DNA from: Oikopleura dioica
Taxonomy: Eukaryota > Animalia > Chordata
Direction: 5' to 3'
Assembly (NCBI GenBank): GCA_907165135.1
Contig: OU015568.1
Location: 10,354,001 to 10,418,000 of the forward strand
DNA: 64,000 nt
The notes under the pieces were generated by a model, which made no database searches, was not told the DNA's origin, and worked only from the letters and a program-made list of their open reading frames with translations. The translations under genes and the position numbers were made by a program. Every line of letters starts with the position of its first letter. Positions within the stretch are counted from its first letter, which is position 1. Below, piece after piece: positions 10,716 to 23,138 of this stretch.

Positions 10716-13281
10716 ATGGCGAACTCGGGAGGAAGTGCGCAAGACTACATTCACAATTTCAATTTGCATGTGATTCTCAAAGAAGCTATCAGAGAATTGT
10801 GTTACACACGCCCAGAGGTACTAGATTTTTTTTTCTGAAGTTAGCGAATGGGCAAAGCAAGCTCTGAAAGAGCCTTTAAAACGCGTAGGTCAGAGAAAAT
10901 TGATCTTGTTTAGCGACCATATGCTTTCCTGAGCAACTACTTCGCAAAACTAGCATCAGAAGAGCACCACAATTCTCGCGTTCCTCCAGCATACGAACCT
11001 GTTCACACTTCGCTATCAAACTCAAAGTCCCTCCACGAAATCCAAGACGAGTACAAAGCCGATCCCGAGCCAGAAGTTACTGTAACGAGGGAGAGTCGCC
11101 CTTCTATCACACGAAGAGGCGCAATTTCCGCTGAAGTAATTTCCCCCGCCGATGTAAAGAACTTTACGCGAACGGTGAGTTTTTGATTGTTGTCTGCCTT
11201 TCCATTTCCTTAATCTAGGTGATTCCGAAAGACTACAAAACTATGCAAGCGCTGGAACGAGCATTTGAGAACAACGTTTTATTGCGATCTTGCGACGAGG
11301 AGCAACGAGGGCATATTTTCGATGCAATGTCTGAGCAAACGTTTACGAAAGGAACAGTCATCATTAGACAAGGCGATTCAGGAAACTTCTTCTATGTCAT
11401 CGGTGAGTTTTGTAGTGGGTCGATCTTAGAGATTTATACCTGGGGTACCTTGAAATAGTTTCTTTTCGATAGGCATTTTTAACGATTGTAATCTACCGCA
11501 ATAGTCCGGGTATATAAGTCGGAACAATTTTCAAGCTCTCACAAGAAAAGCTTACGTGAAAAAATGATTATTTTTAAATGATGGCTTATAGCATTGACAG
11601 GTTTTTTTTAAGGGGGCCCGGAGAACTTTTCAAAAAATGGTACTTTCCTTTTTTGAAGTACCTTTTTTTTTGAAAAGTTCTCATTCATTGCATTTCTGGA
11701 AATATTTCTGATTGTACAAATGAAACAAAAAACTCTCCCTTTTGATTTGTAAGACCGATTCCGAACTTATAAAAATAAATCATTCTTCACCCTCGATATA
11801 TTTTTTCTACCAACTCAGTTCTCATTTAGACCAGGGAGAAGTAGAAGTCCTGGTTAACGACAAACAAGTTGCTCTCATTTCTGAATGGGGAACCTTCGGA
11901 GAGCTGGCTCTTATCCACGGTCGTCCTCGGCAAGCTACTGTAGTGGCGAAAACTGATGTTGTGAAACTGTGGGCTATTGATAGAGAAACGTACAGGAAAA
12001 TATTGATGAGTTTGCAACAACAAAAGAGGGAGAAATACGATGACTTCCTTTCTAAGGTAATTTTCTTCTTGCAAAAATCGTCGAGTGGGCCCAGAACAAT
12101 GAGGCAGGATAATCAGTACCCTGGATTTCTGCAACTGTGATCTAGGGTACTAAATCATCTTACTGCCAAGTTGTCACTGGACTTGTAAAAGTGTCAACTC
12201 CTCCACAAAAGCCCCCGAATCTCTTTCATTCTTCCCAATTTATGGTTTCTCTTTTCGCCCTAGCGATAAATTTATTTGAAAAGCGTCAAAAGTTGAATTG
12301 AGGGCCGGCTCGCACTTTATTACATCATTATCAATGACTCATTGATTAGATATTTCCCTAAGACGCGGATTATCCCCTTTTGTTTGTCAAATTTTTTTAG
12401 AGAGATCTAAATTGATTGAAAAATTCCGTATTTATCCATATCTCTAGGTGCGCATTCTCGACAATCTGCAAGACTGGGAACGACTGACTGTAGCAGACGC
12501 TTTGGAGGCGGTCTCGTTCGAGGCTGGAATGGCAATAGGGCCGGGTCGCGAAACTGCGGCTCATTTATGTGCGGAGCAAGAGCACGCACCGTCGGCCAGA
12601 CTCGCTATTTTTCGCTGACGGCGCTTCCTCTCTTGAGAAAGTGACGTTTCATCAATTTAGATAATTCTCTCTCAATGCAGGAATGTAGACTTGAACGTTG
12701 CATCGAGTCAATATTGATAATTTCTCGCTGGAATGGCGGTCAGCAAGAAAAATGCTGCGCAAACAGCTCCTATTCTAGAGAGCCTAATTTTATTCACAAA
12801 CCACCTCTTTGCTGTTGAACAAAACAGTGAGGACAGTTAGCGAGCCGTTTATAAAGTGCGAGAGGGCGAACTTGGTAATGAATTCTTCATCGTCATCGAC
12901 GGGACGGCGGACGTGACCCAAAACTGCGCCGGCAGCATCAAAAAAGTTGGCCAACTCGGGCCTAGGTAGCGTGTTAATTAATGAACTGGTAATGAAACTG
13001 TGTCTATTAGCGATTACTTTGGCGAGCTGGCGTTGATTTTGGACAGGCCTCGCGCCGCAACAGTAACGGCGAAGACGTACATGAGGGTAAATCGTGTTTG
13101 GACTTTGCGCAGCGTCTTAATATTTTATTAGTGCGTCAAATTAGACCGCTCCAGATTTGAGCGCGTAATGGGACCAGTTATGGATATACTCAAAAGGACA
13201 GAATATTATAAGGCAAGCTGGCGACTCGCGTTTCCTCATCTAATTCTCTATCTTTAGGAATATATCAAGTACAGCGTTTGA
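10716..13281 (+). CDS. PRKAR1: cAMP-dependent protein kinase type I regulatory subunit (divergent)
   Basis: D/D-like N-terminus, pseudosubstrate [27 protein letters not shown] and [20 protein letters not shown]. Confidence 0.93.
11621..11682. repeat. Intronic 62-bp inverted repeat (hairpin)
   Basis: GAGAACTTTTCAAAAAA...TTTTTTGAAAAGTTCTC (17-bp perfect arms) with an inner GGTACT/AGTACC pair. Confidence 0.7.
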
Positions 13282-13835
13282 TGTCAAGAAAACCGTCACT
13301 TCAAATTCATTCCTTTTATATCTTCTATCCCATCAACACAACTGTTTCCCAACTATCAAGTCACAAATTCAATTTCAAGCTTGCAAGCGAGCGGCCAACT
13401 TTTTTCATTCAAAGCATGTTAAAAAAAAAATTCATTCAAGCGCTTTTGTAGAGGAGACCCTGAGCTTTTGTGTACAGTTTTCGTAAATGCTATCGATTAG
13501 AAGTAAAAAAGTCAAACTAAAATTCAAAGTCATATTTTATGTTAACTCATATTTCTGAGCAATATTCAAAGTAAAAATGAAAAATAACCCACGACCCCAA
13601 GCAACATCGCAAAAAAAGAAAGTATTATCTAAATATGATAAAGTGCACTATTTCTCACTGTCAGAGCATCAAACGATTGTCTCGCTACTCCGCGAATTAC
13701 AGTTAGGAGAAATGGAAGCTGTTGTATTTTCTATTGAACTCGACTCAATTCACTTGCGTATCTCTTCAATCTTCACTGAATAAACCTTCAAAATTCGTAT
13801 CTTTATTTTGCAATACATTTTAAAAGAATCCAAAA

Positions 13836-14630
13836 ATGGCGGAAGATCTGCAGGACGAGTGGTGGGAAGAATACCGCAAGAAATCGAGCGCCGAGGAAGA
13901 CGAGGCGGACAAAAATGATAATCAGTTATCGAAGCGACAGAAAAAATTGAAGAAACGAAAGAGAAAGATCGAAGAAGTTAATACGACTGCGATGTCTGCG
14001 GAGGACGATGTCAAGACGGCGCTACTTGATGTAGCTGGGACGGTACTCAAAGAAGAGCTGTCTAATTGGATCGAAAGTGCAACGATTAGACTGGTTGGTA
14101 AAAAACAATTACAAGTCATAAGATTTTAAGGATGTGGACCAAACAATGACCAATTTCTTGGAAGAAAACGAAAGCAAAGAACCTCTCTGCGAAGTCAACA
14201 GTCCCGTTGTCATCGTATGCGGCGCTGGAAAGCGATGCACAGATGTTCTTAGGGATATTCAAACGTGGTCGAAAGAAAAGGAAGGAAATACGGCGAAACT
14301 TTTCGCTAAACATTTCAAGATTGCAGATCAAATCAAGCATTTGAACAAAGGTAAATTTTTGCAATCGTTGTCAGTGATATTTGCACCTAAACATCAAAAA
14401 ATTTCTTTTTAGGAAAGACATCAGTAGCCGTTGGAACCCCAAGCCGAATCGCCAAACTCATTGAAGACGGGTGCCTGAACGCAAAGTCCATCGTTGTTGA
14501 TTTCAACTTCCGAAACGAAAAGAAAGCCCGTCTGATCGACGACAAACACATAAAGGAGCAGCTCAAGGAGCTCTTCAAAATATTTGGCGATGAGACGAAG
14601 CGATCTAGCGTCAGGCTGCTGATATACTGA
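13836..14630 (+). CDS. CMSS1: CMS1 ribosomal small subunit homolog
   Basis: N-terminus MAEDLQDEWWE, plus KLFAKHFKIADQI and VAVGTPSRIAKLIEDG helicase-like remnants. Confidence 0.88.
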
Positions 14631-14777
14631 TAAGCGCGTCAAGAGTGGTCTGGGAAGTAATCAAGTTGAAGGAAAATGAATTGTTCAATTTATGACTGTT
14701 TTAAACAAAAAATGAATAAAATACCTTTCTCTTGACTTGCCCTGGCGTTCTTAGGTAAATAAACTTAATTTTCAAGA

Positions 14778-16167
14778 ATGGAGGGCAGCGAAATCGGAGC
14801 AAATGGAGAAGAAATACGAAATAAAGGTCAACAAGAAATTCAACTTATCAATGATCTACCGAAGCTTGCTTCAAAACCTGCTCTCTTACCTAAGCCATTC
14901 TTGATACCTGGGCTCAGTATTTTGTTACAACAGACACCCATGCCAGCACCTCCTGAAGCACCTATCGTTATCAATAATGAGGAACAGGTGGTTGAAAAGC
15001 GCATTCCAAAACGAAGAAATACGATTACTCTTCAAAAGAAACTTGAAATAATTCTCTACAAAGAAGCGAATCCAAAAATAACATGGAGAGAATTGGGTGC
15101 CAAATTCGACCTAGGGAGCGGCAGTCTGGGCTCGGCAATCTGTACAGTGTCAGCTTCACCCGTCAATTAACCAGGCTCTGATCTCGGGTCTCATAAAATT
15201 AGTAACGGTTTCGATTTTACAAAATACAGGTTGCCTAGCCCAAAGAGAAGTGTCATTACAATATTTAAAAACAGAGAGAGGGTCATCGAGGCGATGAAAA
15301 ATCCAAACGCTTGCGAGAGTAAACGATATCATAAAAATAGCATCGCGTCCAACAAGCGGAGATTGAAGATGAATTTACCTGTCCCGGATCATATGAAAGA
15401 AACTATTGAGCAGCAGAAAAATAAAAGGAAAAAGCACGAAGGACCACGAACGTGCGTGCGCGAGGGCCGAAAACGAATCACTCTCGCCGAAAAGGCTAAT
15501 ATGATCGAATTTTGGGAAAACGAAAAGGCGAAGAATCCGGATGTCAATGTGTCAACGGTGTCTAGCAAATTCGGTCTTCACAAGGCCTCCTTCAGATCAA
15601 TTATCGTTCTTGCAGACGAAATAAAACGAGCAGTTTTGATTCCAGCAACAGCGAACATGATCTCCATTCCTCAAGAAAAAAGGCTTCGCCAAATGTTTGA
15701 AGACGCCGGGGTCGATTTTCCTCCTTTACCTAAGAAGAGGAAATCCGACTTACCAACTGACTACGAGTTCACTCTCTCCGCTGTTGAAATCTCTGATATA
15801 GTAACGAACGTCCTGAGCCAGTGCAAATTCGATCCAGTCGAGCAAATCCGTTTTGTGATGAATTTTAGGGAGCTTATTGAAACTACCAACAAAATTCCGA
15901 TCCCATCCGGAAAAGCCTTTCTGCCGGAGTTTATCTCCAACCCAAATGGTATGGATGATTGAAAAGCCCGTACCAGATGGGCCCTTGGATCGTGATTTGA
16001 CATCATCAGCCGGTGACATTTCAAAAGTCATTCAAAAACCTCTCAGCCATTTCCGGTTTGATCAAGTTGAGCATGCTCGGCTCGTTATGAATTTTCGGGA
16101 ACTGCTTGAAACTACGAATGGTATTCCGATGTCTCGTGATCTTCCAAAATTTGAGTCGGTTATTTAA
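14778..16167 (+). CDS. Protein with two CENP-B/psq-type helix-turn-helix modules and a duplicated C-terminal motif (Tigger/pogo-related DNA-binding domains, no DDE)
   Basis: RRNTITLQKKLEIILYKE...WRELGAKFDL...SVITIFKNRERV and RKRITLAEKANMIEFWE...VSSKFGLHKASFRSII. Splicing near 15115 and 15950 is unresolved. Confidence 0.65.
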
Positions 16168-16549
16168 GTGGATTCTGGTATGAAAGAGAAAGTTAAACAC
16201 TTTTTATCTAACTTTTAGATACTGATAGCGATTGTTCTATAGAAGGGACAGCCGAAGTCTTCGGGCCGAAGATATTCTATCACCAATAACCCCAATCAAT
16301 ACAAATCGTGATGTCGCTCCTTGAATATAACTTCGCGTATCTTTTACTGTCAAACTTTTATCCTTCAAAGCCAAAATGACGCTTACGAACACACAACTGC
16401 CTGTAAATAAGAACATTTTTGTGAACATATTTATGAACAGCTATTATTATTTTACAATTGTGAATAGATCTTATTATAATTAGTTCTAGATTCCGTAAAA
16501 CGGAAGTTGATTTTTCCTGACTTTTCATAAATTTGAATAATTCAGAAAA

Positions 16550-19445
16550 ATGTCGGACACGGAGGTGAACGCGCTGCTAAACCAGTTCCGCGAGGATTCC
16601 CGTCATCTTAGAGCTGAGCTCGAAAAGCTTCTGACTGAAAATGAGCAGCTGCGAGTTGAGCGAGACAGAGTTATCAGAGAAGCAAGGGAATCTGTCGAAA
16701 TGCAGCAAAGAATGCCAAGCGAGAACTTCTCGGAGCAATTAGCTAATACGGAGCAGAACTTGATTCAAGAGCGCCAACACGCCGTGAAAGGTATTTCTAA
16801 CTGTTCTTTTTTGAGTTGCTAAAACTGTACTTTCAGCGATGGCGACATCGAACCAGCTTCAAAAGCAAAACGCAGAGCTCCGTCGAGTCATTGCTCAAGC
16901 ACAACAAGCGTTTGCTACCCAAAAAGGCGAATTCCAGCGCCAACTCGATATTCTCAACAAACAGACCCAGCAACATCAACTCACCTCTGATACAAAGGCG
17001 GGAGAAATCAGCAGGCTCGAGGCACTTGTCCAGCGATTGCAAGCTGATGTTTCAAACAAGGACGAAATTATTCGCCAAACGAGAGCGGAAAGAGATGAGA
17101 TTAATTCGAATACGAGAAAGACAGAGATGTCTCTTGATCAGAAAAATCTTGAGTTGCATTCTGGAATGGAGCAAATGGCAGCGCTGAGGAATCAAATAGC
17201 CTTGTTGAAAGAGAAGGCGACAGCTTCGGAAAGAAGGATGCTCGAATTGAATGGTGAACTAAGCCGACAGGTAAAAAAAAATACAACAACGGTTGTATTA
17301 ATGTGCTCTAGTCGCAAATTCGCGACGAAATGGCGATGAAAATGCGTGAAATGGAGCAAGTAGCTGCAGCAACGGTTCAACGAGAAATAAACCTTGGTAT
17401 GAAAGAAAGACACGTCGAGCAGCTTGCTGAAGATTACAGACTTGAAATTCATGAAATGAAGGCAAAATTGACCAATTCATCTTTCCAAGGTTAGTCTCCA
17501 ATGATTGAACATTCTCTATTCAATTTTAGCAAAACACTGGCGCGAAGCAAACGAGGCGCTGATCGCAGAAGTCGGCGAACGCGTCAGAAAATCGGTAGCT
17601 GAAGCGAAAGAAGAGGCCAACAGAGAGCTCGAGGAAGCTCACACTCAACTTGATATTGCCGTCAAAAATGAAGCTAAAATCAAAGAAACTCTTGATCGAG
17701 CCATAAGGTAAAAGAACTTCAACAAGCAAAGTTAAACATTTTTATCAAGAGAAAAACGAACAGCAGAGAGTACGCTCGAAGAGCTACTTTCCTTCCGAAA
17801 AGACGGCGACGATCATTACCAGCAAATCGTTGAGCTGAACAAAAAGCTATCCTCTGAGCGCAAATCACGTGACAATTTATCAGAGCAAGTGCGAATGCTT
17901 CAACAGAGAGTGGAGGACCTCAAGGCTGAGATCATAGAGCGCGATTCTTGGCGCGAGAGTGAGGTCAAGCAAGCACAAAATGGAGAAGAAACTGCTACGG
18001 CTGAAATGCTCCGAATGAGAAAAACCCTTACTGACATTACTAATGAAAATACGCAGCTAGCAAGCTTGAATATCAAAGATCAAGGAACGAGAGAAAAAAC
18101 TGAAGCGGCTCTTAGGTTAAACTTGAAATAATGCAAGAAAGTATTCTAATAAATTTTAGAATCAAAGTAAACGAGCTGGAAGAGAAACTGGTCGAAGCAG
18201 ATATCAAATCGCGAGCGATCAAAAGTCAAGAACAAAATTCAACTGTAATTAGAGAGCTTCAGGAAGAAATTTCTACTGCAAGAGCTGGACTCAATAGATG
18301 GAAAAGCGAAGCAATTCAGGTAATCATTTCATTTTATTTCACTGTTATTTGGTACAGATATATGAATGAGTCAATGACTGCGGACCTCTTGCAATCGTAA
18401 ATGCTGAAGTTTCATTTTATAAAGTACAGGAGAAGTGTGTCATAACTTAATTTCACCATCGTGTCTTCGAAAATCGGGGTTTGAAGGAAGAGGCATCGGG
18501 ATTCAAGTTCTGTCGGAAGTTCATTCCTTGCTTACTCGGCAAGTGCTTGACGGCTTTTGCGTTACCAGTCGGACGGGACATGTTCCTCTTTGGTTGAAAA
18601 ATTGCCGGCTTGATCGTTACTGATTTGCCTCCGAGTTGATGCGAGTAGTAGTTAATGATGGCTTCTGCTGCTTGCGCGCTGGAAAGACTGACGGACATGA
18701 AATTGTATCCCTTGCCGGAGAACTTCAGATCCATCGAGTAGATCTCTACTTCGGGAAAGCCGAGGTCGATGAGCAGTTTCTGGATATAGGTTCGTGTAGA
18801 TCTGGTTCCTCCAACACCGACCATTTCTCCGGAAATTGAAAGACCGTTGGAGATGACGACCATTGCGTCTTCAGCTGGTTGAACCATTTCGCCGAGCTCT
18901 TGAAAGCATGTAACTCGTTTCATTTTTATTCTCGAAGCTTGTTTTTTGTTCTGATGAATTTTCAAAACTTCCTCGGTTTATATGAACCCTAGTCAGCTGG
19001 GATGCACCCCCGGAGCGCGCATATCACACCAAGTGGTGATTCTAATCTCCAGATGGATTACACATTTCTCATGCGTAGATTCTTATCACTATTTGTTTTT
19101 CTTAGAAGGTGTGATTCCACGAGGCCTATTTTTGGCGCCGGCTTTAACTGATATCTGTTTTTTCATGATATTTTTAGATTGCCCAAGAAGCTGACCAGAA
19201 ACTCCGTCAAAATAGGCAAGAAAAGCAAGGTCTGAACTTGAAGATGAAAGATATTCGCGAAGAGATGCAGGAGATCATGAATCAAAATGCAGATTTCGCA
19301 AGACAACTAGAAGAATCCGAGCGGGATCGCGCTCAACTCACTGCAAGAATTGGAACTCTTCAGGTATTGTCTTTTCTGGAATCATTTCGTCTTACGATTT
19401 TTTATTTAGCAAAAACTCAAGCCATTCCTCGTCAACGGAAACTGA
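16550..19445 (+). CDS. SCLT1: Sodium channel and clathrin linker 1 (distal appendage coiled-coil protein)
   Basis: Multi-exon coiled coil with ELEKLLTENEQLR, ASERRMLEL and NSTVIRELQ...LNRWKSEA, resembling SCLT1 (VIKENERL, ASDRRLQQL, NSIVELR...ANRWKEET). Confidence 0.72.
18453..18923 (-). CDS. Intronless RRM + PAM2 protein nested antisense in a SCLT1 intron
   Basis: 156-aa ORF entirely inside intron 18320-19177. RRM-like YIQKLL...KGYNFMSVSLSSAQAAEAII...LGGKSVTIKPA, PAM2 QNLNPDASSFKP, and a TATAAA (minus strand, 18977-18982) upstream. Confidence 0.78.
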   Translation of the reverse strand: MKRVTCFQELGEMVQPAEDAMVVISNGLSISGEMVGVGGTRSTRTYIQKLLIDLGFPEVEIYSMDLKFSGKGYNFMSVSLSSAQAAEAIINYYSHQLGGKSVTIKPAIFQPKRNMSRPTGNAKAVKHLPSKQGMNFRQNLNPDASSFKPRFSKTRW

Positions 19446-19563
19446 CCTCACATCCTCAGATTTGATTTCTGCACAATCACACACACTTCCTTTTTATTTT
19501 TCTATTCGTTAAAAATCTATTTTTATTTTTAATTCTCATTATCTATCTTGAAAATTAAGAGGG

Positions 19564-20739
19564 ATGATGTCTCGTTGCGCAAATATTGCGATCCCGCTTT
19601 CGGCCGCAATAATGCTCAAATGCAAGGCTAGAAACTCTGTTACGCAGGCGAAATCAAGTCCGAATCAACTCCCTGATTTCGACTTTGAGAAATTCAAGCA
19701 AAATGCGGAAAGCTTACAGGTTATTTCAAAGTGGATTCTTAGAAGTCTAAATTAATCATCAAGAGAGAACGAAACGAAAACGACTGTGTTTTGGATGGCG
19801 ATATATTTTGTGCTGGCGGAAAGTATGCAGATCAACAGGCTACCGAGTGGAAGCTCAGCCACGATTCTCTGAACAAAAACGACAGCCTTAAAGTGTGGAA
19901 CCGAAAACGACTCAATGGAGAGGTATCTTCAACGTCTTAAATGACAAGAACAGTAATGTAATTAACTCTTGTTAATGCAGACTGAGTACAGGCTTTACTC
20001 GAATATTCAAAATATTTACTGGCAAGATTTCCTCGAAGTTCAACTAAACTGTGACTATCGAAAAGAGTGGGATGGTTGGGTGCAACTTTTGGAACCATTA
20101 CAATGGTAGTATAGAGAAGATATTAGCAATTTTATGTGTGTCTTAGTGAAACTGATAAAGAAGGAACAATCGGCGAATCGTGTGTTTACAAATGGGTCCA
20201 AAAGATGCCAGGCGCGTTGTTGAAATCAAGAGAGTACATTTATCTCCGCGAAGTATTCCATTTCCCGGAAGATAGAATGGTGATTATTGCGGCGCATGAT
20301 GTGCCAGGAGTTGAGGCCGAAAAGAAAACCGTCAGGGTTGAAAACTATCAATCAGTAATGATAATCCAATATGCAGGAAAGGGGTCTTTCATTTGTAGCT
20401 GAAGACATAAAAGAGAATCTCAAAAATATTTTCATTTTCAAATTCTCTCAGGGGCGTGTCATCACCTCCTACTGTCGCTGTAATTTTCGGGCGAAAGTTG
20501 TTTGATGATCACTCGAGGGCAAAATGCAGATGCAGCGCTATTTTATTGACCCACTTCAAGCAAACGACGCCAAAGGATTTTCTTACCTCCTCACTTATCA
20601 CGATGATGTTTCGAAAATTTTACCCGGCTGGTTTCAAGCATGGGCGAATGGACGCGGCGCCCGAAGCAGTCACGATAAGATCATTTCTAAGTGTTTGGAG
20701 CTAGAGAAACGAAGAGAACAAAAGCTTGGTTTTAAATAA
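19564..20739 (+). CDS. STARD7: START-domain phosphatidylcholine transfer protein (STARD7/PCTP-like)
   Basis: DYRKEWD, YKWVQKMP...SREYIYLR, VRVENYQSVMII and GFSYLLTYHDD. Confidence 0.8.
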
Positions 20740-21097
20740 TAAAGTTTGCAGCGTTTTAATGGCCGATTCATTTCAGGTATAAATGAAGTGACAGTTACCA
20801 TTTGAATCATTTGCTACTGGCGTAGTTTGTGCGTTTTCAGTTAACTGCTCATTTATTTAACTTACCCGCTTGATAAGACCGCTAATATTTTTGCCAAACC
20901 ATTTGATCAGATGAAACCTAAACCAACTTTGACAACAAAATCGAAGACCTCGCAATTCTCCTACGGCAGGCCTGACTGTGCCTAATTTCACCTTTCATAA
21001 CTTATTTCTCTTCTAGTAGAAGAGTCTTCTACTGTACTTTCTTCAAACTGCTGCCGGATATTCTAAACTTCTTTTGTCATCAGAGAATTAATTTTAG

Positions 21098-22856
21098 ATG
21101 AGTCTCAGTGTTCTCCGACGCGCCTTGCCGAAGGCAAGTGCCTCCGTCCGTCCACTTTCTGTATCTGCTGCTCGATACAACTCAGACTTTCCCGAGCCAA
21201 TCATCCGACCCACGCCCAAGTACACGAAGCTTTTCATCGACAACGAATGGGTCGATGCCGTTTCTGGCAAGACCTTCGGCACTTACGATCCAACCAATGG
21301 CAAGAAAATCTGCGACGTCGCCGAAGGAGCAGAAGCCGATGTGGACCTTGCAGTTCAAGCCGCCACTCGTGCTTTCGCTCAGAAATCCGAATGGAGACAA
21401 ATGGATCCAACGTAAATATTTCACTCATAAAACTTTTCTTTTCTATAGAAGGGCCAATCTTATTGTTACTTCAGCAAACGAGGCCTTCTCTTGAACAAAC
21501 TTGCCGATCTCATGGAAGAGCACCGTGTCGAGCTCGCCTCCCTTGAAACGTATGACAATGGCAAGCCTTACATGATGTCCTACGCTGCCGATTTAGAGCT
21601 TTCGATCAAGTGCTACCGATACTACGCTGGCTGGGCGGACAAGCACCACGGAAAGACCATCCCAATTGATGGCGATTTCTTCTCGATGACTCTCCACGAG
21701 CCTGTTGGTGTTGTCGGCCAAATTATTCCATGGAACTTTCCTCTCCTCATGCAGGCATGGAAACTTGGCCCCGCTCTTGCTCTTGGAAACACTGTCGTCA
21801 TGAAGCCAGCAGAACAGACTCCTTTGACTGCTCTCTACGTTTGTGAGCTCATCAAGCAAGCTGGATTCCCCAAGGGCGTCGTCAACCTCGTTCCCGGGTT
21901 CGGTCCAACTGCTGGTGCCGCCATCTCCTCGCACAAAGGCATCGATAAGGTTGCCTTCACAGGCTCCGGTGAAGTTGGTAAAATCGTCATGCGCGACGCT
22001 GCTATGTCTAACATGAAAACAGTCACACTCGAACTCGGTGGAAAGTCGCCAAACATCATCCTCAACGATGCTGACCTTGACTACGCTGTTGAGCAAGCCC
22101 ACTTCGCCCTTTTCTTTAATATGGGTCAGTGCTGCTGCGCTGGAAGCCGAACCTACGTTCAGGAAGATATTTACGATGAATTTGTCAAGCGATCAGTTGA
22201 GCGAGCTAAACAACGAAGCGTTGGTGATCCATGGAGTTTGAGCAATGAGCAAGGCCCTCAAGTTGACGAAGATCAGTACAACAAAATTCTTTCTCTCATC
22301 GAAACTGGAAAGAAAGAGGGAGCCAAACTTGAGTGTGGCGGCGCTGCCGACGGAAGCGAGGGCTACTTCATCAAACCAACCATCTTCTCAGACGTTGACG
22401 ACAACATGACCATTGCCCGAGAAGAAATCTTCGGCCCTGTCATGCAGATCATGAAATTCAAAACTCTCGATGAGGTTATGGCCTTTTTGCTTTTCAGATA
22501 AAAACTATGAGTTTCTAGGTTATTGAGCGAGGTAATGACTCTGACTTCGGTCTTGCTGCTGCTGTCTACACTAAAGATCTCGAAAACGCCATGTATATTG
22601 CCAAGGTACACTAGTGAAGATGAGATTATATTATACTCCCCTTAGAATTTGCGAGCTGGAAGCATGTGGATCAACTGCTACGACGTTTTCAGCTCTGGAT
22701 CACCATTTGGTGGATTCAAGGTACAAAAATACAAATTATAAAATCTCACTATATTTAAAGCAATCCGGAATTGGCCGAGAGCTTGGCGAGTATGCCCTCT
22801 CAAACTACACTGAAGTCAAAACAATCACAATGAAGCTTCCTCAATACGCCAAATAA
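21098..22856 (+). CDS. ALDH2: Mitochondrial aldehyde dehydrogenase
   Basis: Presequence, [28 protein letters not shown] (catalytic Glu), [11 protein letters not shown] (catalytic Cys) and EEIFGPV. Confidence 0.95.
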
Positions 22857-23138
22857 GTAAAATTGTTATAAGTTCAATATTTACGAGTGCAACAAAATCC
22901 CTTCTTCTCCCGACAAACCAAAATTGTACTTCCCTCAAAAACTTTATTGACCTCTGTATTTCGAAATTCTATCTGAACAGTTTCTTCTATCCACACTGAA
23001 CAATTACAAGTAATTTATCGAAAATTTATCTCAAAGTTCAACGCCCATTATTATTATTGCATGTGCATTTTAAAACTAGGTGCCTAACAATGAAATAATA
23101 AGAATAGATTATAATTTTTTGAATTAAAGAGTTGATAA

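Noticed and set aside
13577-13783. 68-aa plus-strand ORF between PKA-R and CMSS1
   Set aside because: No homology, motif or splice support, and its size is expected by chance in AT-rich spacer.
16237-16428. Minus-strand 63-aa ORF with a hydrophobic N-terminus
   Set aside because: Short, with no supporting signals. Plausibly chance.
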